A DNA stretch of 64,000 nt from an uncultured Planctomycetaceae bacterium (GTDB lineage Bacteria > Planctomycetota > Planctomycetia > Isosphaerales > Isosphaeraceae): contig CAWIAD010000002.1 in assembly GCA_963833985.1 (NCBI GenBank), positions 2,144,001-2,208,000 of the forward strand. Reading direction: 5' to 3'. The position numbers and the translations under genes are program-made. A model generated the notes under the pieces. That model was not told the DNA's origin. It saw only the letters and a program-made list of their open reading frames with translations, and did not search any database. Shown piece after piece: positions 31,515-41,291 of the stretch. Every line of letters starts with the position of its first letter. Position 1 is the first letter of the stretch.

Positions 31515-32655
31515 AGACCTCCGCCGTTCTTGCCGCAACGCGCGGCCAAAGATAATGCGCAGCGACAAATCCCGCCAGACGAGGATCGGCTCCGTCGTTG
31601 TATGCATTGATGATTGAGCGCCTCATCTCATCGGGGCGGTCGGGCCGGGCGTAGACCGCACGGTCGCCAAAGTACTCCCGCGCCGAGCCGAACGGCGTGA
31701 TCACCACGGCGGTCCCGGCCAAGGCGGCCTCGAGCGCCGCGAGACCCGGCGTCTCGAACCAGCTTGGCAGGGCGAAGACCCGGGCGGCTGCGTAGGCCGA
31801 GGCCAGCAGCGGATCCTCATGGCCCATCGCCGCCAGCCAGAGGACCGCGTCGCCTCCTGCCGCCAGACATTGCGCGCGGTACTCACTGCATTCGGGCGGA
31901 GCGGCGCCGATGACCACCAGCCGCAGCCCCAAGGACCGGACCGCGGCGATCAGGCCCAGCAGGTTCTTGCGGGGCTCGACGCGGCCCACGAAGAGCACGA
32001 AATCTCCCGGTCCGAACCGCTCGCGAAAGAGCGCGGGCGTGGCCAGGGAAAAGCGCTGGAGAACGCCGTTGGGAACAACCTCCATGCGCGCCGCTTCCGC
32101 TCCGAAGAGCGTGCAGAGCTGATGTGCCTCGGCCCGAGAGTTGGGCAAGATGCGGTCGCACAGGCCAAGCAGCTCGCGCCGCCAGCCCGGCAGACGGGGC
32201 CAGGCGCGACGCAGCGACCAGGCCGCGAGTCCCGCCAGCTTGCGGCCCGGTCCGGGCTCCAGGGCCCAGAGAGCGGCTGGCTGGAACCAGCAGATCGGCG
32301 AGAGCACGACCGGCGTTCCCTCGGCCCGTGCCCGCCGCGCCAGCTCCAGTCCCTCGCGGGACATCCCGAAGAGGTGCAGCAGCCGCGCCGGGCCTAGCCG
32401 GTCGGTCCAGGGGCAAAACAGGCGCAAGGGCAGCCCCAGGTCCTCCAGGTGGCGGGCCGTCTGGACCAGCTGGTTCTCACCTCCACCCGGCGCCTGGAAG
32501 GCAAACGACGGCGCGTGCAGGAGGACCGAGCCGGCGCGGGCTGGCGCCCGGGAGTGTTCCTCGAGCCACGCCGCATCCGGCTGTTGCCGGCTGACCCGGC
32601 TCGGCGCCGCGGTCCGAGGCATCAGCCGGTTCCCGTTTGCTGGAGCTTCCACCAC
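31495..32655 (-). CDS. Glycosyltransferase family 4
   Basis: GGGENQ, VGRVEPRKN and PSWFETPGLAALEA motifs; start uncertain. Confidence 0.88.
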   Translation of the reverse strand: MVEAPANGNRLMPRTAAPSRVSRQQPDAAWLEEHSRAPARAGSVLLHAPSFAFQAPGGGENQLVQTARHLEDLGLPLRLFCPWTDRLGPARLLHLFGMSREGLELARRARAEGTPVVLSPICWFQPAALWALEPGPGRKLAGLAAWSLRRAWPRLPGWRRELLGLCDRILPNSRAEAHQLCTLFGAEAARMEVVPNGVLQRFSLATPALFRERFGPGDFVLFVGRVEPRKNLLGLIAAVRSLGLRLVVIGAAPPECSEYRAQCLAAGGDAVLWLAAMGHEDPLLASAYAAARVFALPSWFETPGLAALEAALAGTAVVITPFGSAREYFGDRAVYARPDRPDEMRRSIINAYNDGADPRLAGFVAAHYLWPRVAARTAEVYEQVAR

Positions 32656-32700
32656 CGCAGTCCTTTCTTGAGCCGGCCGGCCAGCGAGGCTGCTGGCAGC

Positions 32701-34123
32701 TCATCCAGCGGCGTGACCGTCTCCCAGTCGAGTGCCTGGCGCACCGCGGCCTTCAGCCCGAGCGGCCGGGCATCGAGTCGAGGGCGCGCGCAGCGTCTGA
32801 TCGTCGGCGGCTGGCAGCCTCTCATAGACCAGCTCATCCGCCCTGATGACCGTGCGCGCGGGTGACCGGCAGAACGCATGTGAAGCAGCCGCGCTGAATC
32901 TCCACCGCCAGGGGATATTCGGCGGCCCATTCCTCGAACTGGATCTCGTAGCGGCTATCCTCCATGGCGAGCACGATGTACTTGCGGCTGGCTCGCCAGC
33001 GCCACCAGCGGGCGAGCTCGCTGAGGGTGGTTCGCCAGACCAGCGTCTGCGTTTCCAGCAGGCGATGCAGCGCGATGAGGATCTCGGGAATCCGGCCCAG
33101 CCGGCGCTCCGGATGGCCGTAGACCAGGGCTGGCTGGCCACCGGCGAACCTGGCCGCGGCCACGCGGCACAGGTAATTGGCGACAGCCCGCCCATCCCGG
33201 ACGCCGGCATCAAGGAACAGCCCCTCGCAGACCGGGTGCACCGGCAGTTGCAGGACTCGCGAGAACCGGTCACGCTTCCAGGGGAAGAACGGCAGGTCGT
33301 CGTAGCCGAGCTGGAATTCCGAGGAATACTCGTACCCCAGAGACTCGACGGCGTCGTCCAGCCCGGGATTCCAGCGGCCGTGCGGGCCCGCGAAGCCGCG
33401 CGGCTCCAGTCCCGCCTCGCAGAGCACGCGATGGGCGCGCTCCAGGTTGCGGAAGTTGGCCTCGCGGTCCCGATAGACGTAGTGAAAATGACCGTGCGAC
33501 TGGGCGTCGTGGCGCCGCAGGTCGTGCAATACTTCATGTTCATTCTCATAAGCATGCGTACTCACGAAATGCGTGCAGCAGTCGGCCAGCAAGTTGCGGC
33601 TCAGCGCGAAGCGGTGGTAGTCCTCCGGAATCGGCTCATCCAGGTCCACTCGCAAGTTGAAGACCGAACGAAACGGGTACGGGTAGGGCGCAAGCCTGAT
33701 CCAGACGCCTCCGGATGCCAGCACCTGCTGCCGGATGGAGGCGATCAGGCGCCGGCGAATCCAAGCCTTGGGTTGACGCGACACGCGTTCCCTCAGTTCA
33801 AGGCCGCGTATGGTCCACAGAGCCGGTGCGGCCTGGTCATCCACGAGTGCGGCGAACGGGTCCTCGGGCTCGCCGCGCCTCAGCGCGTTGACGTCGATCG
33901 CCACATGCCCGCCCGTCAGCAGGGCCCGCATGGCGGCTGCGGAGACCTCTCGGCCGTCGTAGAGCACGAACCGCCCGCGGCGAAACGCGAAGGGATGCGG
34001 ATCACGGACGACCTCGTGCGCGACACCCTCCTGGCCCAGGATCAATTCCAGGCCCGGCGGCGTTCTCCAGAGCATGAGGGGCAGGGGCGCGAGTCGAGGC
34101 ATGTAGACGCTAGACACGGTCAC
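32701..34123 (-). CDS. Polysaccharide deacetylase family protein; probable frameshift near 32850
   Basis: RVDLDE, QSHGHFH, GFAGP and YGHPE motifs; 3' end uncertain. Confidence 0.7.
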
Positions 34124-34811
34124 CTCCCGGAACCCGAGCCGACCAGAGTGCCATCAACCGCACCGCGGGCAGCCGCCGAAACAGCCAGGACTTCTCCTCG
34201 GCGGGCGCCAGGAGGTGATGGATCTGCACGTCCTGGAACGTCCGCTCCAGCTCGGCCCGCATTGCTTCCGGCCAGAACCAGCGCTCGCGTACAGGGCCGC
34301 CTGCCGGATACATCCAGCGGCCCCGGTACTCGTCGATCCGCTTCACCAGCACGCTGGGCAGCCAGGGACGGCGGGCGTCGAGTGCGCCTGTATTCTTGTC
34401 AACGATCACGAGCAGGCCTCCGGGCAGCAAGACGCGGCGAGCCTCTGCGCAGACCAGGCTGCGAGACCGCGGATCGAGATGCTCGAAGACCTCGACCGCG
34501 CACACCGCGTCGAACGCGGCCGATGCCAGGGGGAGCCTGCGCGCCGAGGCCCGCACGCGCGGCAGGCCCACGGCCCCGGCCAGCATCGCCGCGGAGAGGT
34601 CCACCCCAACCACCTCGGCCCCGCGCTCCCAAAGAGCACGCGCGAACCGGCCCTTGCCGCAGCCCAGGTCGAGAATCCGCCGGCCAGCAACAGCCCCAAG
34701 TGCCTGGAGGACTCCCCGCAGGCGGTAGTCGTCCGGGGCGAGCGACGCCTTGAACCGTCCCTGCAACGCCGTGAACCGGTGCGCGACCTCACGCTCGTGC
34801 ATCGAGATCAT
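34110..34811 (-). CDS. Class I SAM-dependent methyltransferase
   Basis: ILDLGCGKG, GVDLSAAML and LPGG motifs; ATGA overlap with the upstream gene. Confidence 0.88.
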   Translation of the reverse strand: MISMHEREVAHRFTALQGRFKASLAPDDYRLRGVLQALGAVAGRRILDLGCGKGRFARALWERGAEVVGVDLSAAMLAGAVGLPRVRASARRLPLASAAFDAVCAVEVFEHLDPRSRSLVCAEARRVLLPGGLLVIVDKNTGALDARRPWLPSVLVKRIDEYRGRWMYPAGGPVRERWFWPEAMRAELERTFQDVQIHHLLAPAEEKSWLFRRLPAVRLMALWSARVPGGDRV

Positions 34812-35575
34812 GACGCCCTCCCGGCCAGGTCCAGCTCTCGCAGCTTCCAGCTCCGCACGGCCACCGACACCGCCGAGAGGGAGCAGAACATCAGCCCTTC
34901 CAGGCCGTCGCGAAATCCCTGCCTGGCGAGATAGAGCTTGGCGAACGTCCAGAACGGGCGGATCGCCAGGTCGCTGATCCGGAACCGCCGGCCCGCCTGG
35001 TGCAGATCGGCAGCCTCCAGCGTCGTGTACTGATTGATCTTGCCCAGGAACACGCGGACATCCGGCAGCGTGCGGTGTGTGAGCACCTCGTCCATGAGGC
35101 CGATCGGTCCGGAGATCCGCACCGTCTCGTGCACCTTGCCGGTCCAGCGGCCGAGATCGCGCCGGAAGAGACGCAAGGGGAGGTCGTGCTGCGTGCCCGA
35201 AAACCGGAATCGCCGCCCCAGGACCTCGCTCCGGATCGGCACGCGGAAGCCGACGCAAGTGCTCGTGGGATCTGCCAGCCGCCTCTGGATCTCGGCAGCC
35301 AGCTCCGGAGTCACGCGCTCGTCGGCGTCGATCGCCAGCACCCAGTCGGCCGTGGCCAGGTCCAGGGCCGCGTTCCGCTGGTTGGCGAAGTGGTCGAAGG
35401 CCCGGACGATCGCACGGTCCGCGAGTCGCTGCGCGACCTGGAGCGTGCCGTCCTCGCTGGCCGCGTCGACGACGACAATCCGCTCGGCCGCGAACCGCGC
35501 GGACTCCAGGCAGCCCGGGAGATTGGCTTCCTCGTTGCGGGCGACGACCAGCACGGCGAGCCGCAAGTCAGGCAT
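34808..35575 (-). CDS. Glycosyltransferase family 2 (LPS beta-1,4-glucosyltransferase-like)
   Basis: ARNEE, QRNAAL, IDADE, VHE and GFRDG motifs. Confidence 0.9.
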   Translation of the reverse strand: MPDLRLAVLVVARNEEANLPGCLESARFAAERIVVVDAASEDGTLQVAQRLADRAIVRAFDHFANQRNAALDLATADWVLAIDADERVTPELAAEIQRRLADPTSTCVGFRVPIRSEVLGRRFRFSGTQHDLPLRLFRRDLGRWTGKVHETVRISGPIGLMDEVLTHRTLPDVRVFLGKINQYTTLEAADLHQAGRRFRISDLAIRPFWTFAKLYLARQGFRDGLEGLMFCSLSAVSVAVRSWKLRELDLAGRAS

Positions 35576-36680
35576 GCGTCACCGCCTTCCGCAGCACGCC
35601 CGCAATCGCGCGTGCCGGAAAGTAAGCCGCGTAGACGGCCAGAGCGATGTCGAGCCGGCCGGCGGCGGCCAGTATGATCCACAGATGCCACCGCAGATCG
35701 GCGTGCCCGACGGCCGCGACCAGCTTCCTGGAAGCCCGGCCGAGCGCCCGCAGAGGCACGATCCGAGCCCTCGCTGGATGGCGCGCCGGCTGCCGCGCCG
35801 GAGTGGTCCCGCCATGGCTCCACTGAGCTCCCTCCCGTGCCGGCCTGGCGGTGAGCTGTTCGCCTGTGATCGACTGGATCAGGAAGAAAGACTTGCCGCC
35901 CAGGTAAAGCATGCCGATCGCCAGCCAACCGGCCTGACCGCTCGAGCGGAACAGCGACCAGGCAATCGCCGCATGCAACACCAGGTCGGCGAGCTCGTCG
36001 AGCACCTGGTCGAGCCAGCGCCCGAAGGCCGAGCTGGTTCCCTGAAGCCTTGCCAGGCGGCCATCGGCCGTGTCCAGCACCAGCGCCGCGGCCATGGCCA
36101 GCGCCGCCGCACCGCCGGCGAGCGTGCCGGGAGTGCCGAAGGCGACCACAACCGCGGCCGCCAGCATCAGCCCGGCGGCGGCGAGCGTGAGGTGGTTGGG
36201 ACGAAACGCGGTGGGCTCAAGTCTGGACGCCAGAGCCTCGGCCAGCGGAAACGCCCAGTACCTTCCCAGGGGCTGATAGTCCAGGCGCCGCTTGAGCTCC
36301 TCCTCGGCCGTCGCCAGCGAAGGACCCTGGTCGAGCCGCCAGATGGCCGCGGTCTCGGCGTCCGCCCCGCGCCGCACGGCTCGGCGTAGGCGGGGCAGGT
36401 CGTAGAGGCGATCGGTACGCAGAATCACCGCGCCGCTGCGCGGCGGACCGGGAAAGAAGAGGACCCGTCTGGATTGCTCGCCCCTGAGCATTCGCTCCAG
36501 CAGGGCGTGCTCATCTTCCCTCGCAAAGATGTCGATGGTCGTTCCCGCCGGACCAAGCCGCAGCGCCTGGTCGAGGAGCCGATCGAACACGGAGCGGCCC
36601 AGCAGCACCTCGCCGGCCAGCAAGCCGCGCGGCCCGCGCGGCCGGGCGTCGATCACCACATGGACGGCCGGCCGAGCCAT
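35568..36680 (-). CDS. CDP-alcohol phosphatidyltransferase family protein
   Basis: PNHLT and the LDTADGRLARLQGTSSAFGRWLDQVLD signature. Confidence 0.9.
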   Translation of the reverse strand: MARPAVHVVIDARPRGPRGLLAGEVLLGRSVFDRLLDQALRLGPAGTTIDIFAREDEHALLERMLRGEQSRRVLFFPGPPRSGAVILRTDRLYDLPRLRRAVRRGADAETAAIWRLDQGPSLATAEEELKRRLDYQPLGRYWAFPLAEALASRLEPTAFRPNHLTLAAAGLMLAAAVVVAFGTPGTLAGGAAALAMAAALVLDTADGRLARLQGTSSAFGRWLDQVLDELADLVLHAAIAWSLFRSSGQAGWLAIGMLYLGGKSFFLIQSITGEQLTARPAREGAQWSHGGTTPARQPARHPARARIVPLRALGRASRKLVAAVGHADLRWHLWIILAAAGRLDIALAVYAAYFPARAIAGVLRKAVTHA

Positions 36681-36786
36681 GAATCGCCTCCCTGCGATTG
36701 CCTTGTCTTCTGCAAACGGCCCTGGTACGGGCGAGCGCGACGGCCGCGAGCGAATCCTTCGCAACGCGGCGCCGCTTGCCTTTTTC

Positions 36787-37743
36787 TCACCACGAGAACC
36801 TTTGGAAGAACGCCTCCTGCCGGGGGACCCACGAATTCCGGCCGATCGCCGGCGGCTGCCAGCCATCGCGGCAGGCCGTCAATCGGCGCACCGCGTCGGC
36901 CAGGCTCAAGGCCAGGTCGAGCCGTCCCCGCAGCAGCCAGTATCCCAGCCGCACGGGCAGCCAGCCGAAATGGGCCAGCAAGCGCGTGCCTCGGAGGTTC
37001 TTCCACGCGAAGAGGAAGCTGTTGCGAACGGCCAGCGCGTCGCTCCGCGCCAGCCCCAGTTCCGGCTCAAATGTGCCGAAGCCCTGATGATAGGCCACCG
37101 ACCTCGGCTCGTAGTATCCCACGAAACCCGCCATCCAGCCCCGAAAACCGAGATCGAGGTCCTCGATCCGCCCCGGGAAGTACAGCGGGTCGTAGCCGCC
37201 GATCGCCAGGAACTTGCGGCGATCAACGGCCAGCACGGGCCCGGCCGCGGCCGTCAGGTCGGTCCGGCCGAGCAGCTTCTCGTGTCCGGGAACCCGGCAC
37301 ATCCCCTGCACCAGCCCGAACCGCGACCGCACGCGCCTGCGCATGCCCTCGTACGTCCGGCCATCGAACGACCAGCAAAGCGGAGCCGCGAACAGGGCGT
37401 CCTCGTGAGCGTCGAAGACCTCCAGCAACGGCCCCACCGCCCCGGGGTCCAGCTTCACATCGTTGTTCAAGAGCACAACTACCGACTCATCCATTGATGC
37501 CAGCACGCGGTTGAACGAGGCGAGCCCGAGGTTCTCGTGGCGGATGACAGGAACATCGGGCCAGCGCGTGCGGAGCCATTCCGCGGAGCCGTCCGTCGAG
37601 TCATTGTCGATCACGGACACGCGGCAACTGACGGGCGACGCGGACGCCGCCGCCAGGACAGAAGGCAGGCACTCCGCCAGCAGTTCCCTGCCATTGTAGT
37701 TGAGAACCAGGATGTGGCTGCGGTTGGTCGTCAAGGGCTCCAT
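36787..37743 (-). CDS. Glycosyltransferase family 2
   Basis: VLNYNG, IDNDSTDGS, LLNND and EDLDL motifs. Confidence 0.88.
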   Translation of the reverse strand: MEPLTTNRSHILVLNYNGRELLAECLPSVLAAASASPVSCRVSVIDNDSTDGSAEWLRTRWPDVPVIRHENLGLASFNRVLASMDESVVVLLNNDVKLDPGAVGPLLEVFDAHEDALFAAPLCWSFDGRTYEGMRRRVRSRFGLVQGMCRVPGHEKLLGRTDLTAAAGPVLAVDRRKFLAIGGYDPLYFPGRIEDLDLGFRGWMAGFVGYYEPRSVAYHQGFGTFEPELGLARSDALAVRNSFLFAWKNLRGTRLLAHFGWLPVRLGYWLLRGRLDLALSLADAVRRLTACRDGWQPPAIGRNSWVPRQEAFFQRFSW

Positions 37744-38209
37744 CCCTCGGACTGCCGGGGCAAACTCGAATTGGTCGCGATCCGCTCGACAGGAGTCGCC
37801 CTGGTCACTCGTGATCGTCCGCGTGGGCAATGGCTTCGCGCTTCTGGAAGCCTGGCTGCGGACGCCACTCGGTGCCATGCATTGACGGTTCGGTGATACC
37901 CCGGCGAGAATACGCCACCGGGCACGGTCGGTCAAGACAGGCGCGCCTGGAAAACCGCTGGAACCGAGAACGGCTTTCCGACGGGGCCGCTGCCTGGACG
38001 GCACGGCCTGCAATGCCTGCGTCCTGGCGAACGCAGGCTGACGCGTCGCGGTCCGGGAGATCCTCCGGACCGTGCCCTGATCGGGGCCGGATACCGGCAG
38101 ATTCGACGGCCTCCAGAGCTTTGGCCTCTCGTGCTGTTGACCTAGAATAGAAAGGGCAGATCGCTCCCGGCCTCGTTGGCCGTTCCATAAGGTCACGCGG
38201 AGATCGCTC

Positions 38210-38557
38210 GTGAATGCCCTGATCAGCCTCGCACTTCTGGGACTCGTCGGCTGGGGCGTCTGGCAAGCCTTGCAGCCGCGCGCGGTCTTCGACATCCGGG
38301 TCGCGGACGGAGAGCCGCACGTCGTGCGCGGCACGGTGACGAAGACCTTTCTCAGGGAGATTCGCGAGCTGTGCCAGCACCACGGGGTCACGCGCGGAGT
38401 GGTCCGGGGCAAGGCGCGCGGCAACCGCATCGGGCTGGAGATACTGGGGAGTTTTCCTCCGGCCTACTGCCAGCAACTGAGGAATGTCTGGGCCATCTCG
38501 GGCTGGTCCGCTGGACGCCCCGCAGCCCGGCGCGGGGCTGGCCCGCGCCCGGTCTGA
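38210..38557 (+). CDS. DUF3634-like small membrane protein
   Basis: N-terminal transmembrane helix and C-terminal QQLRNVW motif. Confidence 0.65.
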   Translation: MNALISLALLGLVGWGVWQALQPRAVFDIRVADGEPHVVRGTVTKTFLREIRELCQHHGVTRGVVRGKARGNRIGLEILGSFPPAYCQQLRNVWAISGWSAGRPAARRGAGPRPV

Positions 38558-38644
38558 TGCAGGATGCGTCGTGCGGGGCTGCGAGCGCGCGCTGATCGAC
38601 CATGCGGAATTCCGAGTCCACTGATCGAAGCCCGCGGGCTCGTT

Positions 38645-38824
38645 TCAGCCGGGACGAGTATGACCAGATGGATTGGTCGAAGGAAGATCGAGCGATTCGA
38701 TACAGGTCCATTTCGCCGCGTCCTCCGTGGATGCCCAGCGGGCGTCCAGACCTTCGAGCAGCAAGGTGTTGATGCGTTGTTCGACCTTGTGTTTCTGGAT
38801 GGGTGGGAGTTCACGTTTGCTCAT
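38645..38824 (-). pseudogene. Possible ParD-like antitoxin fragment
   Basis: EQRINTLLLEGLDA resembles the LLLEGLDS C-terminus of ParD-like antitoxins. Confidence 0.35.
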
Positions 38825-38919
38825 GGCGTGGATGGTAGTGCGAGGAGAGGAACACCAAATATTGGCACTTTTCCTTCGTTTTGGGCGGCGGTTGTCAGTG
38901 AGGCGGAGGCGTTCGGTCG

Positions 38920-39450
38920 TCACACACGCCAGTTGACCAGGATCAGCGGATAGCCAAGCTGCTGGACTCGTTGGAAATGGGCGGTCTTGCCGGTTACTAA
39001 ATAGCTCCCCGTAAGAGGGAAAGTGTGGAACGGCCGCCCTCGGCCGTCCTGAGCCAGCCGAGGGCGGCTGGCCCACATTCCAAGAGGCGAGGATCTATTT
39101 AGCTCCAGGCCGTGATGCAGGGCGATGGCGGCGATCATGGGATCGGCGGTCCCAATGGGATGGCCGACTCGCTCGAGTTCGCCCGCGATGCGTCCTGCCA
39201 ACTCGGCGGCGGGCTGGTCGAAGGGCAGTATTTCTTCGAGGGCGATGGCGGTGAGGAAGATGTTCAGGCGGCGGGTGCTCTGGTTCTTCTGGAAACCCCT
39301 GACCACTTCCATGACGGTGACGGCAGAGAACGTCAGGATTCCCTGTGCTTTTCGATAGGTGGTCGCGTTTGCGGTGACGGTCGGGTTCACGGCCTTGAGG
39401 ATTTCGGAATAGATGTCGGTGTCGAGCAGGGCTTTATTCAACGGAGACAT
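38920..39450 (-). CDS. vapC: VapC/PIN-domain toxin carrying an in-frame 102-bp insertion
   Basis: LLDTD, VMEV, ADPMIAAIA and LVTG motifs; 34 extra residues between LEL and VTG. Confidence 0.88.
   Translation of the reverse strand: MSPLNKALLDTDIYSEILKAVNPTVTANATTYRKAQGILTFSAVTVMEVVRGFQKNQSTRRLNIFLTAIALEEILPFDQPAAELAGRIAGELERVGHPIGTADPMIAAIALHHGLELNRSSPLGMWASRPRLAQDGRGRPFHTFPLTGSYLVTGKTAHFQRVQQLGYPLILVNWRV
39000..39099. mobile_element. 100-bp palindromic MITE, copy 1
   Basis: Flanked by TA duplication (38998-38999, 39100-39101); ends AATAGCTCC / GGATCTATT; 99/100 identical to 54119-54218. Confidence 0.88.
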
Positions 39451-39688
39451 CCCGCCACTTTTCTTCCCGCCGGTGTTTCATCGCGTCGGCAACGATTTCG
39501 TCCAGCTCATCAGCGGCATCCCGCATCGCACCGATGGAGCCCGATCCTGGGTTTGACTGCGTGGACTTCAGCTGACGCAGGAACGACCGCACGGCCTGGG
39601 TGACCAGCTCATCGGCCGACGCGAAGTGCCCGCTATCGACGGCGGCAGTGATCGAGCTTTCCTCGTCTTCGGGTAAATGAATGGTCAT
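39434..39688 (-). CDS. Ribbon-helix-helix antitoxin
   Basis: MTIHLP...AVDSGHFASADELV; overlaps the vapC start. Confidence 0.8.
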   Translation of the reverse strand: MTIHLPEDEESSITAAVDSGHFASADELVTQAVRSFLRQLKSTQSNPGSGSIGAMRDAADELDEIVADAMKHRREEKWRDVSVE

Positions 39689-39719
39689 AATTGCGATTCT
39701 CCTCCGTTAACCACTTTGC

Positions 39720-39794
39720 CACGTCCTTGAAATACCAGGCCAGCGTGACCGAACAGTCGATGACCAGGGATTCGGAGCCGTCCAATGGCTGCAT
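39720..39794 (-). pseudogene. Truncated second VapC (N-terminus only)
   Basis: ATG 39794 with AGGAG upstream translates MQPLDGSESLVIDCSVTLAWYFKD, a PIN N-terminus; similarity then stops. Confidence 0.6.
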
Positions 39795-39812
39795 CGTTGG
39801 CACTCCTTGTTG

Positions 39813-40064
39813 TCAGTATCGTCCCTCGTCGATGAGGTCGCGGATCGTGATCTTGCCGCCGAGGGTGGGGCCTTCCTGCTCCTGGAACTGAATCATCGCC
39901 GCGATGGCGGATGCAACATCTGGGCGGGGCGTGCTGGCGACGGCGGGTACCAGGCGGGCGACGGGTTTACCCTGGCGGGTGATGGTGATGGTTTCGCCGT
40001 GCTCGACCCGCTCCAAAAGCTGGGGCGGGTGGGTCTTGGCTTCGTGAGAACCGACAGTGTGCAT
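39813..40064 (-). CDS. Phd/YefM-family antitoxin
   Basis: EAKTH...LLERVEHGETITITRQGKPVARLVP. Confidence 0.88.
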   Translation of the reverse strand: MHTVGSHEAKTHPPQLLERVEHGETITITRQGKPVARLVPAVASTPRPDVASAIAAMIQFQEQEGPTLGGKITIRDLIDEGRY

Positions 40065-40149
40065 GACGCATCCTCGTTTCGACTGGTCCCGACCAATCTA
40101 ACAAAGCTCGCGGGGTAGTCGAATGACAGATGCTCGGAAGCTTCGGGCA

Positions 40150-40402
40150 AGGCTTCCTCGGTTCTCAAGCTGGAACCCTATCCTCTGGCGGAGGTTCTGG
40201 AACTCGTAGCGGTCGGTGTCGTCTACGAGCTTCTCCATCTCCGCATCGTCGCCAGCACGCCCGTCAGGCAAGGCCTTTGCGATACCGCCGCACTTCCCGG
40301 CATGCGAATCGCATCGATCAGTGTCCGTTCAACGTCGGTCACGTAGACGGGAAGCCCTGAGCTGTCGCCGACCGTGATCCCGAACTCTCGCTCGTCCTTC
40401 AT
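40150..40402 (-). pseudogene. AbiEi-like type IV antitoxin remnant
   Basis: VYVTDVERTLIDAIRMP, then after a frameshift KCGGI...LRQRIGFQLE. Confidence 0.5.
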
Positions 40403-40712
40403 CTCGGTCCGTGAAAGTCGCGCCCCGGTCGATGGCCGTGAATCGGAACTTCGGTGGCGTCGAGGTCGAGCACGATCTGTTCGGCGGCACGGGATGGGGT
40501 TGCGAGGAAGAACGCGACGAACAGGAGTGCGGCCGGCATGATGCCTCAACTCCAGTCACTTGCGCGTGGGAGGCGGCAACAACCGCAATCAGAGGAAGTT
40601 CCAGCCAACCGGGCCGGCACGGGCGTGGTCCTTGAAAGGCTGCTTGCCCGTCTGCTACATTCCAGGGCCGGCCGGACACAAGACTGGCAGGACGGCGGGA
40701 AAGGTTGCGGTG

Positions 40713-41291
40713 ATGTCCGAGGAAGAACAGATCCTGTGCGATTCCGAGGAAATCGAGCCGCGGATTGCCTCGATGGCACGGCAGATCTGGGACGGACGCC
40801 GCCATGACCTGCCCTTCTACCTGATTGGCGTGCGCTCGCGGGGCGTACCGCTTGCTGAGCGGCTGGCCCAGGAGATCGCCCTGCTGGCCGGTGACGAGAT
40901 CGTCGTGGGCGCCGTGGATATCACGCTCTACCGCGACGACCTTGGCCGCGGCCGGCGCTGGCCCGTCTTGCGGGGCACGGACATCGCCTTTCCGGTCGAC
41001 GGCGCCGAGATCGTCCTTGCCGACGACGTGCTGTTCACGGGGCGAACCATCCGCGCGGCACTCAATGCCATCTGCGATCTGGGCCGGCCGGGTCGCATCC
41101 GGCTGGCGGTACTCGTCGATCGCGGCCACCGCGAGCTGCCCATCCAGCCGGATTTCGTGGGTCTCCACCTGCCCACCGACCGCGGCGACCGCGTCCGGGT
41201 ACGGCTGCATCCGCTCGATCCCGTGGAAGAGATCGTGCACATCGCCGCCACCGCCCGGCCGTCCGAACCCAAGAGGAGTCCCTTGCCGTGA
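40713..41291 (+). CDS. pyrR: Bifunctional pyr regulator / uracil phosphoribosyltransferase
   Basis: [21 protein letters not shown] and DRGHRELPI motifs. Confidence 0.95.
   Translation: MSEEEQILCDSEEIEPRIASMARQIWDGRRHDLPFYLIGVRSRGVPLAERLAQEIALLAGDEIVVGAVDITLYRDDLGRGRRWPVLRGTDIAFPVDGAEIVLADDVLFTGRTIRAALNAICDLGRPGRIRLAVLVDRGHRELPIQPDFVGLHLPTDRGDRVRVRLHPLDPVEEIVHIAATARPSEPKRSPLP

Noticed and set aside
40450..40712. PyrR-binding attenuator upstream of pyrR
   Set aside because: I could not find the conserved binding-loop sequence or a U-tailed terminator by eye.
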